Made by a program: the position numbers and the translations under genes
Part shown: positions 52,663-64,000 of the stretch, piece by piece
Numbering within the stretch: the stretch's first letter is position 1
Layout of the letters: every line of letters starts with the position of its first letter
Notes under the pieces: model-generated
Told to the model about the DNA's origin: nothing
The model's database searches: none
What the model saw: only the letters and a program-made list of their open reading frames with translations
From: Eledone cirrhosa
Taxonomy: Eukaryota
NCBI GenBank assembly: GCA_964016885.1
Contig: OZ024741.1
Coordinates: forward strand, 329,902,001-329,966,000
Direction of reading: 5' to 3'
Length of the DNA: 64,000 bases

Positions 52663-53589
52663 GAACATAAATAATATAATATAATATTTAAATGCTCTCA
52701 TCCTGATTGAGCTCTGTTTTCTCTTTTCCTTTTTTACACCTGCAGATATTTCTACACACACACATATATATATGTGTGTGTGTGTGTGTGTGTTTGCGAG
52801 TTTGTTACGTACATTAGGCCTCAGAGAATTAAACACACACACACACACATCTACACATACAGATACATATGTGAGTGTGTAGCAACAATGTATTCATTTA
52901 GATACCAACAAAAAATTACACAATGAATATTGTTTACCCTATGGTGCTTCAAGATTGACAGATTTTCATTTCTAAATTCTATTATCATTACAATTTTGAT
53001 ATTTAAAAAAATAAAATATAGATATTTTGAAATAATTATGAGAAGAAAAAAAACATATCTTCATATTTATTGTTTACTAATCTGAATAAGAACAGCAGTA
53101 ACCCGGGCAACGCTGGGTAATTCAGTTAGTATACATATTTTTTTTCGTTTAAGTTTTAAGAAAAGGAAATATGAATTCAATTTTTAGATACAGGATTTTT
53201 TGTTTGTTTTATTTTGATTAAATCCTTTTGATATCAAACAGGTTGGGGTGACCTCATCGTGCCAATATTTTCTACATTTGGTATGGTTTCTCTGGCTGAT
53301 GTCCTTCCTAATACCAACCACTTTAGAGAGTGCACTGGTTATATTTTTAGTGGTAATTTACAGAGTTTACTGGGTGCATTTTTCTTGTGGCACCAATGCT
53401 AACACTTTATAGGGTGTACTGAGTGCATTTTATCGTGGCATTGCACTAGAGAGTTTATCATGCTTGTCTAAACTGAAGAGTTCTCTCAAACTCTATACTG
53501 TCTCTGTAGCCTTCTGGGTTGGAACAGTAAAAAAAGTAAAATATATATTATATATGTTTATATATATTCGTCTTATGCTACTTTGCAAA

Positions 53590-54615
53590 CCGTTTAATGA
53601 CTGCATGGGCCATAGCGAAGGCAACCCATTTAGGAGAGCAATAACTCCGATTAAAAACAACTGCATAGAGCAGACATGGACTCCATAAGTCATAGTGAAG
53701 GTAACCCATCTGGGAAGGCAGTGACACCAATTTAAAAACAACTGCATGGGGCAGACATGGGATCCATAAGCCATAGTGAAAGCTATTCATCTAGGAGATT
53801 AGACACTCCAAACAAAAACTGATACAGGGTGGCGAGGACTCTTCAATCTGGTAAGACAACCTCTCTAGTGCTGGTAACACAAACAATCCATCCAGTCCAC
53901 GCTGTAAAGTGGTTGATGATAGGAAGGGCATCCAGGCAGAAAAACCCAGGCAGAAAAGCATGACCAATATGATTTCCACTAATTGTGAACACATGGCTAA
54001 CACTAGTCATGTTAGTGCTGCGCACAGTAATGGGGTGACTAGAGTAGTTGTGTGGCGAGAATCCCTCGACTGTCATCAAGCAATCGCACAACCATTTACC
54101 CTTTCAGGTACATAGAACCTCTAACCAAGGAAGTAACAACTGTCAAGGTACAAATCTCAGGACTGCCACCCTCAATGTTGGTACTCTGAAAAGCAAATCA
54201 GGTGAAATTGTGGAACAGTTAGAGAGAAGACGAGTAGATATATGCTGTGTACAAGAAGTGAGAGGAGAGGTGCCTCAGCGTGACTAATCATAGGCAAGCA
54301 ACTTAGATATAAACTCTACTAGCTAGGAAATGACAATGGGATAGGAGGTGTAGACATCTTACTAGCTGAGAAATGGATAGATAAGGTGATAGAGGTAGTT
54401 AGAGTAAGTGACAGAATCATCAAGCTTAGATTAACTGTCGGAAATAGAATGGTAACAATTACATCTACCTATGTTCTGCAGGCAGGACTGGGTAAAGAAC
54501 AAATGGACAGGTTCTATGAAGGACTTTTACAGACAACTTCAGGTATTGAGGAGAGAGCCCTCATCATTGTGGCAGGCGACTTCTACAGATATGTGGGATA
54601 GTACCAGAATGGATT
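53590..54615 (+). mobile_element. 5' end of an RTE LINE: ~81-bp tandem leader repeats, 5' UTR and APE N-terminus
   Basis: GCCATAGYGAAGGYAACCCATYTRGGA x3, then LRTATLNVGTL..VDICCVQEVR and RVSDRII..VAGDF. Confidence 0.8.
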
Positions 54616-54807
54616 GAGCATCACTGTTTAATGTCTATTTTCCATGTTTGCATGGGTAAATGGGTCACATTATGAAGTTAGCCAGGTCAGGCGACCTGGC
54701 TTGGTTTCTATGGTTGGATGCCCTTCTTACACCAATCACATTGCAACATCATGATAGTGATGATGATGATGATGATGATTCAATGATGATCCTGATAACA
54801 ATGATAG

Positions 54808-55175
54808 AATGGTTTAGTGGTTAGAGCATTGGCCTTGCAATCGAAAGGTTGTGAGTTCAATTCTCAGACCGGGTGATGTGTTGTTTCCTTGAGCAAGACA
54901 CTTTATTTCACATTGCTCCAGTTTACTCAGCTGTAGAAATGAGATGATAGGGACTATCATGCAAAGTGGTTGTGGAGGTGCCATGGCAAAAAAGCACCCA
55001 GCCCACACTGTAAAGTGGACGTGTAGGTGCCACGGAAAAAAAAGCACCCAGCATTCACTGTGAATGAGGTTGGTGTTAGGAAGGGCATCCAGCTGTAGAA
55101 ATCAAGCCAGAATCAGTTCCCGTCCCACCCTTGCAGGCAGGAAAAAGCGGACGTAAAATGATGATAATGATGATG
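54808..55175 (+). mobile_element. Full-length tRNA-derived SINE with RTE-derived middle and 3' end
   Basis: TGGTTTAGTGGTTAGAGC (A box), GAGTTCAATTC (B box) and an RTE-B-type tail. Confidence 0.88.
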
Positions 55176-56339
55176 TTCAATGATATAGATCTAATCAATT
55201 ATACAATATTAACTAGTCTTTATTGTTAACTCTATAGTCTGTGTATTCTCTCTCACTTCACTTAATCATGACTTGCAACATTAAACAGAAAATCTTATAT
55301 AATAGTAAGTGACATTTCAATTATTTATTTACAATGATTTGTTTGTTGTTGTTACTAATTGAATAAATTCCTTTTGTGTTATATCTGCTGTTACAAATTT
55401 CTTCATCTTTCCCATTTTTGCTTCCCCCTACTCCCTCCTCTCATTCATTCCCTACTTCATCCTTTCCTCTACCCTACTTGCTCCTCTCAGCTCTACTCAC
55501 TTCTCTCCCCTACTCCCTTCTCTCCTCTTACCTCTCCTCTCTTCCCTCTCCTCCCCATCTCCATCCAGCTCATCCTCCCTCCTTTTTTTTTAATTGTTCA
55601 TTCATTCCTTTGTATGTTGTCATCATAACAATTCTCTTCCCTCATTACCCAATAGCTTTCTCAATAGTTGACAGACTCCAGCCATTGCAGGGATATGTGT
55701 AGACATGTATTTTATTTTTTTAAGCCAAACAATAACTGGACAGGACTAGACAGGACTGGACAATATGTTGCACTGCTTTATCTATTGTCCAGGCTTCATG
55801 GTGTCTCCCTCACAACCATTATCCCCATCACAACCACAATAAACACCATGTATATATATACATATATATATATACGTACACACACATATATATATATGTG
55901 TTTTGTTTACATAGAAAATATATTTGTTATGTATCGACCTGTTATGTGCATTTCGCAGAGGATTGGCTGAAGATCACCCATAAGAGTCATGGACCTATCG
56001 ATCTGCTCCTCAGACTGGTGATATGACAAAAAAAAATATTTTTGTTGACGTATGTGAGATGAAAAGGTATATAAGCATCGGCCCTATTTTTTTTGTGTGA
56101 GCATATGCGGGTATTGTGGTGTAACTGGTGGGGCAGCTATGCAGGTGTGTATTCCCAGATATTCATGTGTGTGTTTGTGTAGGTGTGTGAGCATGCAAAG
56201 ATTCGTGTGTGAGTGTGTCATGCTGGTACTAGTTCATCATATCATTAAAGACAGTTCTTTTTGTCAAAAAATGAAACAATTTAAAAGAAGAATTAATAGG
56301 TTTGTGCATATAGATAATAGTGACAGAAAGTAAATAATA

Positions 56340-56522
56340 ATTGTTTCTACTTTAGGCACAAGGCCAGCAATTACCCAGTGCATTACTGGTACTTTATTTT
56401 ATCGACCCCGTAAGGATGAAAGGCAAAGTCAACCTCGGCGGGATTTGAACTCAGATCGTAAAGGGACGTAGCTATGCTGGAAAGCATGGCGTCCGACCCT
56501 CTACCGATAATGCCAATCCCCC
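56340..56522 (-). mobile_element. tRNA-derived SINE (same family as 45645-45835)
   Basis: Reverse complement has TCGGTAGAG..GAGTTCAAATCCCGCC and the body GACTTTGCCTTTCATCC..GGTCGATAAAATAAAGTACCAG. Confidence 0.85.
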
Positions 56523-56689
56523 TAAATAATAGAAAGTAAATAATAATAATAGGAGGATATAGATATCCAACACACATAGACAGGCACACATACACGTACA
56601 GACACACAGAGACATATATATATCCATCCATACATACACACACACAAGTAGAAGAAGAATGTTCGTATAGAGTCATTTCGCTTGCCTGT

Positions 56690-57800
56690 GTATTAGACCC
56701 ATATATGGCTGTAAATTACATGGTATTCCTTAGGTTCTGTGCATCTGAATACCTGTTGAATAGGTACGCGCATCTCGATTTTGGACCTTGAGTTTATTCC
56801 ATGTTGTTTCAGCTTTATTATTTCCACTGGTTCCTCAAGGCACAACCGGTAGTGTCGACCTAAGTGGAGTAGGGGTGCTCGTCTTATGACGGCCCATTCC
56901 GTTCTAAAGTTGATGTTACCGTCCTTAAGCCACCATACCTGCTTGGACAAACTGGTTTACGATCTTTTATGCTGATGTCTGAAGGAGCAGGCATGGTTGT
57001 AGAAACGGGATTTAAAATCACCGCCAGTTGCACCTATGTATACATATGTAGTGGATAAATGTATTCTTTTCAGGATGAATGATAAAAAGAATAATGCCAG
57101 AATTGTGATGTTGACAATGTTTATTTTACAATAACAATATTCACTTATTGGTACATTGAGCATCAAGTAATCAAATTGTGACAGCAATTATCACTACATT
57201 ATTTGCTGACTAGCTACTTCGAGCTAGCGTGTATGCATGTATCAATGCAACAATATAATAAAAGTGAAATAACAGGAAGCCAAAGGAGTAGGAAAAAAAT
57301 ATAAGTAAACCTACTGCATGTATGCATGTGTCCATCCTGTAGTTGGTCAAATTTGCCGAGCGGGTATGAAATGTGAGAGCCTGAGGCCAGGAGAGAGACA
57401 TAGAGTAAAAGTGAATTGGCTACATCGTAATCTCTCACAGACTGTTGCTTCGGAGTCTCTCTGGTGGATTCCCTAAGTATTTGTATTTATAATAACCCTA
57501 TAGCTAGAAGGATGTGTATATGGGTTGATTTATGAGTAGCAATGTCTGTCAAGAAGCTGGGCCATAGGTCAAGTGGTATGTATGTTTATCATACTTGTCT
57601 CTTGACAGGACAATGGTGGGAAACTCGCAACAATAGGTTGTTTTAGAGGCGAGAAACCTCAGAATCGGTTTCGAATCTTTGCCAGGTAAAACATAGGGTA
57701 ATTCCGTTACACATATTTTCTGTTGTTTTCTGCATGAATGGTGCATCTGTATACGATACCAGAGACCAAGCAGACACTCCATATGGGATCTACAGTTGCA
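56690..57800 (-). mobile_element. PLE GIY-YIG fragment split by a solo LTR
   Basis: CNCRSHMECLL..GIVYRC..KY|VYIGATGGDFKSRFYNH..SLSKQVW..RLCLEE reads through when the LTR is removed. Confidence 0.82.
57047..57711 (-). mobile_element. Solo LTR (Gypsy-like), TG..CA termini, TSD CATA
   Basis: cata|TGTAGTGG..CCGTTACA|cata; TATA-like and AATAAA signals on the minus strand. Confidence 0.88.
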
Positions 57801-58041
57801 TATATATATGCATATACACACACACACACACATATTCCATTCTTTTGTTTGACCTGTTTGGCTTACCTCGTCTTTTTGGCTTAGGTGGTTAATGGCTTCT
57901 TGACCGCCGTCTCAGTTTGTTTGGCCTTTATAACCTATGTTTATTGCTTGGTCTTTATTTAGTCCATGGAGCGCTTGCCAGCATAACTCGGATATTCCGT
58001 TTCGCTTTGTTTTCAACCACTCCCGAAATTTGATCTCGCTG

Positions 58042-58099
<58 letters not shown>

Positions 58100-58103
<4 letters not shown>

Positions 58104-58780
58104 AAGCATAAATGAACTAAGTGAGAAATTAGGAATAATCAGGATCAGATGCTGTTTACTCGAGCGAAGACTACGTTGGTATGGTCGCGTGATGCGCATG
58201 AAAGACAACAGCTGTATAAAAAAGTGCAGGGCGATCAAAATTGATGGAAGCTACGGAGTAGGGAGACCCAGAAAAAACCTGGGACGATTTGATAAATTTC
58301 AACCTTACACACTTACACCTCTTCAAGACAATGTCACTGGACCAAGATCTTTGCTGCTACGCAGTAATACAGAAGACCCTCCTTGCCTAAGTACAAAGCG
58401 AAACCTACAGTCAGTAGGCACCTCTTAATCAAAATACATCCCCATCTCACTACCCCTACCCCCACCCCCATCTACACCACCCCTTTCGATGTAAAGTTAT
58501 GTTGGTACCACAACATCCAGACCTAAATAAAAGAGGTTGTGTAGGTGTCACAACAAAAAACACAGTCCATGCTGTAATGTGGCTGTGTAGGTAACACAGT
58601 AAAAACCTCCCAGTCCACACTGTAAACGTGGTTGGTGTTAGGAAGGGCATCCAGCCATAGAAAACCTGCCAGGCAGTCCTATATGAGCAAGACAACCAAT
58701 CTTGCCTCAAGTGGGATAATTCCCGTCTAAACCCATGCTAGTGTGGAAGATAGATGTTAAACGATGATGATGATGATGAT
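58100..58780 (+). mobile_element. RTE subfamily A 3' end
   Basis: Aligns with 33240-33915. Confidence 0.9.
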
Positions 58781-58816
58781 ATATATATACATGCATGTTT
58801 GTGTATATATATACAT

Positions 58817-59701
58817 ATGTTGATGAGTAGAAAAGACGACAAAAGTCTGATTCCGTCAGGGAAATGGCCAAGTTTGATATGCAGAAAAGGAACTGGCATA
58901 AATTCTATAAAATGCACACAATGCAGATCCTGGGTACACGAGAGATGTAGCGGGATAGCAGGCAAACTAACAGGTTGGGAGAAATATGTATGCAGTAGAT
59001 GTACAGGGAAATTAGACAGTAGAAGTCGCATTGATAGACACATTTTTCAAATGCAGGCGGGTGCTATAGAAGTGGTGGATAGTTTCCGGTACCTAGGAGA
59101 TCAGATTAGCATGGGAGGGGGGTGTTCCGAGGCCATAGTATCTAGAATAAGGATGGGTTGGAAGAAGTTTATGGAGCTGCTTCCTTTGCTGATGAAGAAG
59201 GGTTTCTCCCTGCATACGAAAGGCCGATTATATGATGCCTGTGTGAGGAGCGCGATGCTGCATGGTAGTGAGACATGGGCAGCAACTGCAGAGGATATGC
59301 GACGGCTGGAGAGAAATGAGGCAAACATGCTCCGTTGGATGTGCAGTGTCAATGTGCGTGAACGACCCAGCATAAATGTGTTGAGAGAGAAACTGTGTCG
59401 GAGAGGGATAGAATGTAGTGTACGGGAGAGAAGACTGAGGTGGTATGGACATGTGATGCGCATGGAGGATGACCAATGGGTGAAGAAGTGCCAGGAAATG
59501 CCAGTTGAAGGAAGATGTGGTAGAGGTAGACCACAAAAAACATGGGCGGAGGTGGTGAGAACAGACCTCAGATCGCTGAAGCTCACGGTGGAGATGACGA
59601 AGGACCGTGACAAGTGGAGAGATGCTGTGCTAAATAAAACCCGTCCCACCCTTGCAAGCAGGGAAGAGCGGACGTAAAATGATGATGATGATGATGATGA
59701 T
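58817..59701 (+). mobile_element. RTE subfamily B 3' part
   Basis: Open frame from the PHD insert to the C-terminus; aligns with 6435-7312. Confidence 0.92.
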
Positions 59702-59961
59702 ATATATATTTATATTTGGTATAATAGTATAAACCAATACTACTGTATGCAGGATAGGGCACTCAATGAAGTATACAAGTCGCTGTACGTCTATATATAT
59801 TTATATACACATTTGTGCAGTCTCAGTTACCCACTCTCTCTCTATATATATATAAATCTGAGTTTTTTGAATATTAATAATAATATTCGATTCGTTTGCA
59901 ATTATGCAAACAGCCGCTCGTTGGGATCGTTGTTGCTTTTGTATTGGCGTATAAAAAGAAT

Positions 59962-59995
59962 GGCAAACACTAATGTTTCTGGGTTCATCAGTACC
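59962..59995 (-). ncRNA. Hammerhead core with stem II reduced to 5 nt
   Basis: GGTA-CTGATGA-accca-GAAA-CAT ta GTG-TT|TGCC. Confidence 0.55.
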
Positions 59996-60254
59996 GTATA
60001 CTGTTTAGCTGCCAACTGTCAGAGCTAGTGATAAAACTATTTGTTATATATAAAAAAGGATCGATCGACTTTCGTCAAATCGGACCCAGGAAACAATGTT
60101 TTCGTCGGTCTTTCCAGTTGTTAATACTATCTATCAGTCGCAACTCCAGGTAGAAGGAGCAACGTGAAATAAAGTGTCTTGCTCAAGGACATAACACATC
60201 GCCTGGTCCAGGAAGCTAATTCACAACCTCAAGATTGTGAATACAATTCTCTAA

Positions 60255-61463
60255 CCAGTCCTTCAGAACGGCCCCATTCTGTATGACTTGGTTTACTATC
60301 CGGGTGACCATAGTGTGTACCACCGTTCCAGATGCTTTCAGCATTTCAGCAACTATTTCCAAAGGCCCAGCCGCCTTTCCTGTCTTCATATCTTTGATTG
60401 CCTTACCTACCTTCAACTTGCACTGCTGGTCCCTCTACTGGATCAGACTGTCTTTCTCCCATTTATTCTCCTCATTTAGTAGCCTTTCGTAGTGACACCT
60501 GCAAGCTACTTTCTTATCAGTGTCAGTGATGGCAAGTACACCATCATCATTACAGACACACTTCTCTCGGACAATATCATGGTTTTCCTTGACACATTGC
60601 CTAGCAATTCTGAACACCTCACATTTTTGGTCCTCGCGTTGTAGAACATGCTTGAACTTTCTTTCCTCTGCTTCCCTTCTTGCAAAGTACACTTGTCTCC
60701 TAGCCGCTCTCCTGGCCACTTGATAGTGTTCTCTACTCCCCCCATCCTGCCATGTTTTCCAAGCCTGCTTTTTGGCCTTTATTGACTCCTCCACCTTACT
60801 GTTCCACCACCAAGTTACTCTCCTCCTGCCTATAGGTCTGCTCCAGCCACAGATTTCATATGTTGCCTTCAACAGGTTAACTTTCAGGAATACCCACTGT
60901 TCCTCTATATTGTATGTCTCTAATTGCTCTTCCTTACTGTCAAAAGCATCAAGTGATATGCTTTTAAATTTGTTACTGGCTGTGGGTCCTTTAACTTCCA
61001 TATTCTTCTCTTCAGTCCTGACTATGAGCTCACTATCTATGAGGCTATGTTGGGAGGTGCATTCTTCTCTGGGGAGGGATTTAGTGTTAACAACAGACAC
61101 TCTGTCACGTCTTCTGGTAAGGATATAATCTATCTGACTGGCGTGTTCCCCTGATCTATAAGTGATCAAGTGATTGTCTCGTTTTTTGAAGTTTGTGTTA
61201 CAGATGGTTAAGTTATTTGCGTCACAGAATTCCAGAATTCTGGAGCCTTCCTCATTTCTAGTACCAAACCCATAGCCTCCATGGATCCCATCATAGCTGT
61301 TACAATGTTGTCCAACGTGACCATTTTGGTCGCCAGCAATAATTATGTAGTCACTGTCGGTTATTTGGGAGGTAGTGATCATTAACGACTCATAGAATCT
61401 GTCTTTTATAACTCCAGGCAGTCCGGATTAGGGTGAATACACAGATATTATTATCACAGTAGT
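60255..61463 (-). mobile_element. RTE subfamily A fragment (APE + linker)
   Basis: ORF 60435-61382 with AGDQNGHVG, SQIDYIL and TWWWN; reverse complement of 31078-32190. Confidence 0.92.
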
Positions 61464-61469
61464 TCTATT

Positions 61470-62108
61470 TAGGACAAAGCATAAATGAACTGAGAGAGAA
61501 ACCATGCATAAGAGGAATCAAATGCTGTGTGCAGGAGAGGAGATTATGTTTGTATGGGCATGTGATGCATACGAAGAATGTGTGCTCAAAGTCGATGGAA
61601 GCCTTAGAGTGGAGAGATCCAGGAAGACTTGGGATGAGGTGATAAAACCCGACCTTGCCCAATTGCACTGCCCAAAGACAATGACACATGACTGAGATCT
61701 CTGGCGATGTGGAGTAATACAAAAGACCCGACTTCCCATGAGCACAAGCCTAAGCATATATATGGTATGCCCCAACCCACTCTCCCATACATCTCCATGA
61801 GGATAGGCCAAAGTAAATGCATCCAGTGAAGCCCCCAGCCCACACTGCAAAGTGGTCGTGATGGTAACACGGCAAAAAGTACCCAGCCCAGACTATAAAG
61901 TGGTCGTGTAGGCGTTACGACAAGAAGCACCCAGTACTCACTGTAGATGAGGTTGGCGTTAGGAAGGGCATCCAGCTGTAGAAACTAGGCCAGAATCAGT
62001 CCTGTATGAGCAAGACATAGTCACCAGACCTAGCATTCTCCACAACAGGATAACCCGTCTAACCCATGTTAGCATGGAAAATGAACGTAAGACGGATGTG
62101 ATGATGTT
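61470..62108 (+). mobile_element. RTE 3' end (older subfamily)
   Basis: RKTWDEVIK motif, 3' UTR motif and tail. Confidence 0.8.
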
Positions 62109-63589
62109 ATATGTATATACACACAAATAAATATATATATATATATGTGTGTGTGTGCATGTATTATGTTGGTCCTACAAAACATCCAGCCCACACTGTA
62201 AAATGGTCGTGTAAAAGACACGGTAAAAAGCACCCAACGCACACTGTAAATGTGTTTTTTTTTATTTCTTTCTCTTCTGCTATGGTTTATGTATTGATCA
62301 TGTATTGGGTTTGATTCAGTCAATTGCTCCCCCGCTGTCTCTCTTTGAACGTTTTTGATCGATTATTTTAAGTTGGGGAATTGTCAATGTTATGATTTCT
62401 TAGCAAAACATAAAAAATGTGAACAGATACTGGTACTAGGACTAGCTATAGTCAATCAATGTTAACAGCTACTGGTATTAGGACTAAATACTGTCAGTTT
62501 ATGTGACTCTTGTTCTTACTTGTATCCATGATTTAGGAAATCAAAAAAATCTGCATAAATCCAGAATCAGTAAATTTAGTCACTGAGGTACACTCACCTC
62601 AAGGTTTTGAACTTTTGATATAGTACTATATACATTATAAGCATGTGTATAAGAAAAAAAAATAGCTAACAGTTAGATATGGGAAAATACGCTTCCCTCA
62701 TACACACATGCTGTCAGACACAAACACACCCCATGTCACACACATACACAATGTCACGTACATACATACACACAAATACTCTCTCTTTCACACACATATT
62801 GTCACACACAAAAGAAATTAAGTCTTCCACGTTTGATTATGCATAACAACAACAACTACAATAGAATATGTTCTGCCTCTTATTCAGTCATTTGTGCAAG
62901 ATCCTTGAATAAATAACAATAGCAACAAAAAGAAAAAAAAGAAAAGAAACTATAAAAGTACTAAACAATTAAAGTAACTTAAAAGCAAAACTATACATAA
63001 CAGGGTATTGAATAAATCAATATATCTAGTAAATAACTATATATATATATATATTAAGACAGGGGGGAAGAAAAAATGGCTTCACTTGTGCTTTCAACAA
63101 ATTTATTTTCTTCACAAAATCCAAAAAGAATTTTTCTTGATTGTTGGTTAGGTCTTAGGAGTTCTTGGTTAACGTAGGAGGTATTGTTTCGTTTTTAGAA
63201 AGACCTTTCACGCTGAGGTGCGCTTGTCAAACTGATGTGTATGTGGTGTGTTGTTCTATATATAGGGATTTAACATGTCTGTGGTGTGGTGGGGGTTTCT
63301 TTTCTCCCCCTTTAATAAGTGCATGGGTGTAGGTGTGTTGAAAAAGTGTTCATAGCAGTAATGAGTTGAGACGGTGAGTAGGGTTGGGTGGGGAGAAATG
63401 TAGCAAGTGCGGCCTGCCCCAGGCATTCTCGAAAAATTCCTTTATTCAGGGGAAAAAGCTTTTAGCATTGCTTTTGTGTTGAGAATGGTCACAGGCAAAT
63501 CGCACCTGTCAAGTTTGTGAATAATTATTTTTTTCTTTTTTTCCTGAAGAATTTTTCTACGTCCATCCCAAAGTTAGTCCTTTGTTCAA

Positions 63590-63806
63590 CACACACATAT
63601 GTGTGCATGTACGTACATACACACACGGGCATATGTAGGAATATATAGGCACACACCATCAATCACACACCCATGTACAAATACATACACAAAAACATAT
63701 AGAGACACATATAAAAACACACATACACATACGTACACACACGAATATGTACTCATACCTCCACATGGGTATATATATATATACATATACACACATATAT
63801 ACACAT

Positions 63807-63863
<57 letters not shown>

Positions 63864-63884
63864 CACATACACATACACACACAT

Positions 63885-63965
<81 letters not shown>

Positions 63966-64000
63966 CATATATACATACATATACATACATACATATACAT
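63590..64000. repeat. (CA)n/(TA)n/(TACA)n microsatellite block
   Basis: Seen directly in the sequence. Confidence 0.95.

Larger units (their letters stand above)
49939..53130. mobile_element. Helitron/Helentron-like remnant with nested insertions
   Basis: Ends ACTAGCAG..CGGCGTTGCCCGGG and CCCGGGCAACGCTGGG..CAGTTAGT (subterminal inverted repeats); contains a Pif1 helicase fragment. Confidence 0.65.

Noticed and set aside
54808-54880. Genuine tRNA gene
   Set aside because: It has A/B boxes but no intact acceptor stem and continues into a SINE body and LINE tail.
60255-62108. Single twin-primed (5'-inverted) RTE insertion
   Set aside because: The two halves appear to belong to different subfamilies or ages and no TSD was found.
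63060-63590. Possible PLE N-terminal fragment (LNKGLT-like) on the minus strand
   Set aside because: Too degenerate to support.

Overview
Eukaryotic, AT-rich genomic DNA saturated with (TA)n/(CA)n microsatellites. The repeat content (RTE LINEs, tRNA-derived SINEs, Penelope-like elements) and a polyQ-rich C2H2 gene suggest an invertebrate, probably an octopod cephalopod; this is an inference. There is one convincing host gene, a 603-aa C2H2 zinc-finger protein (17486-19297, minus strand) with two near-duplicate three-finger arrays. Most of the rest is decayed transposons: more than 12 RTE fragments (with a PHD-like finger inside the RT), one CR1-group LINE, one R4/Dong-like RLE LINE, one BovB-like RTE, at least two Penelope-like (PLE) families, three copies of a solo LTR (two with 4-bp TSDs), a Helitron/Helentron remnant and many SINEs. 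The strongest unannotated signal is at the RNA level: about a dozen type I hammerhead ribozyme (HHR) folds or half-folds from several unrelated sequence families. Many sit in (TA)n-embedded fold-back palindromes and share a TTGAGTR tail motif, and one family has a U3:A8 core variant. All folds and coordinates were read by eye; transposon boundaries are approximate to tens of bp.
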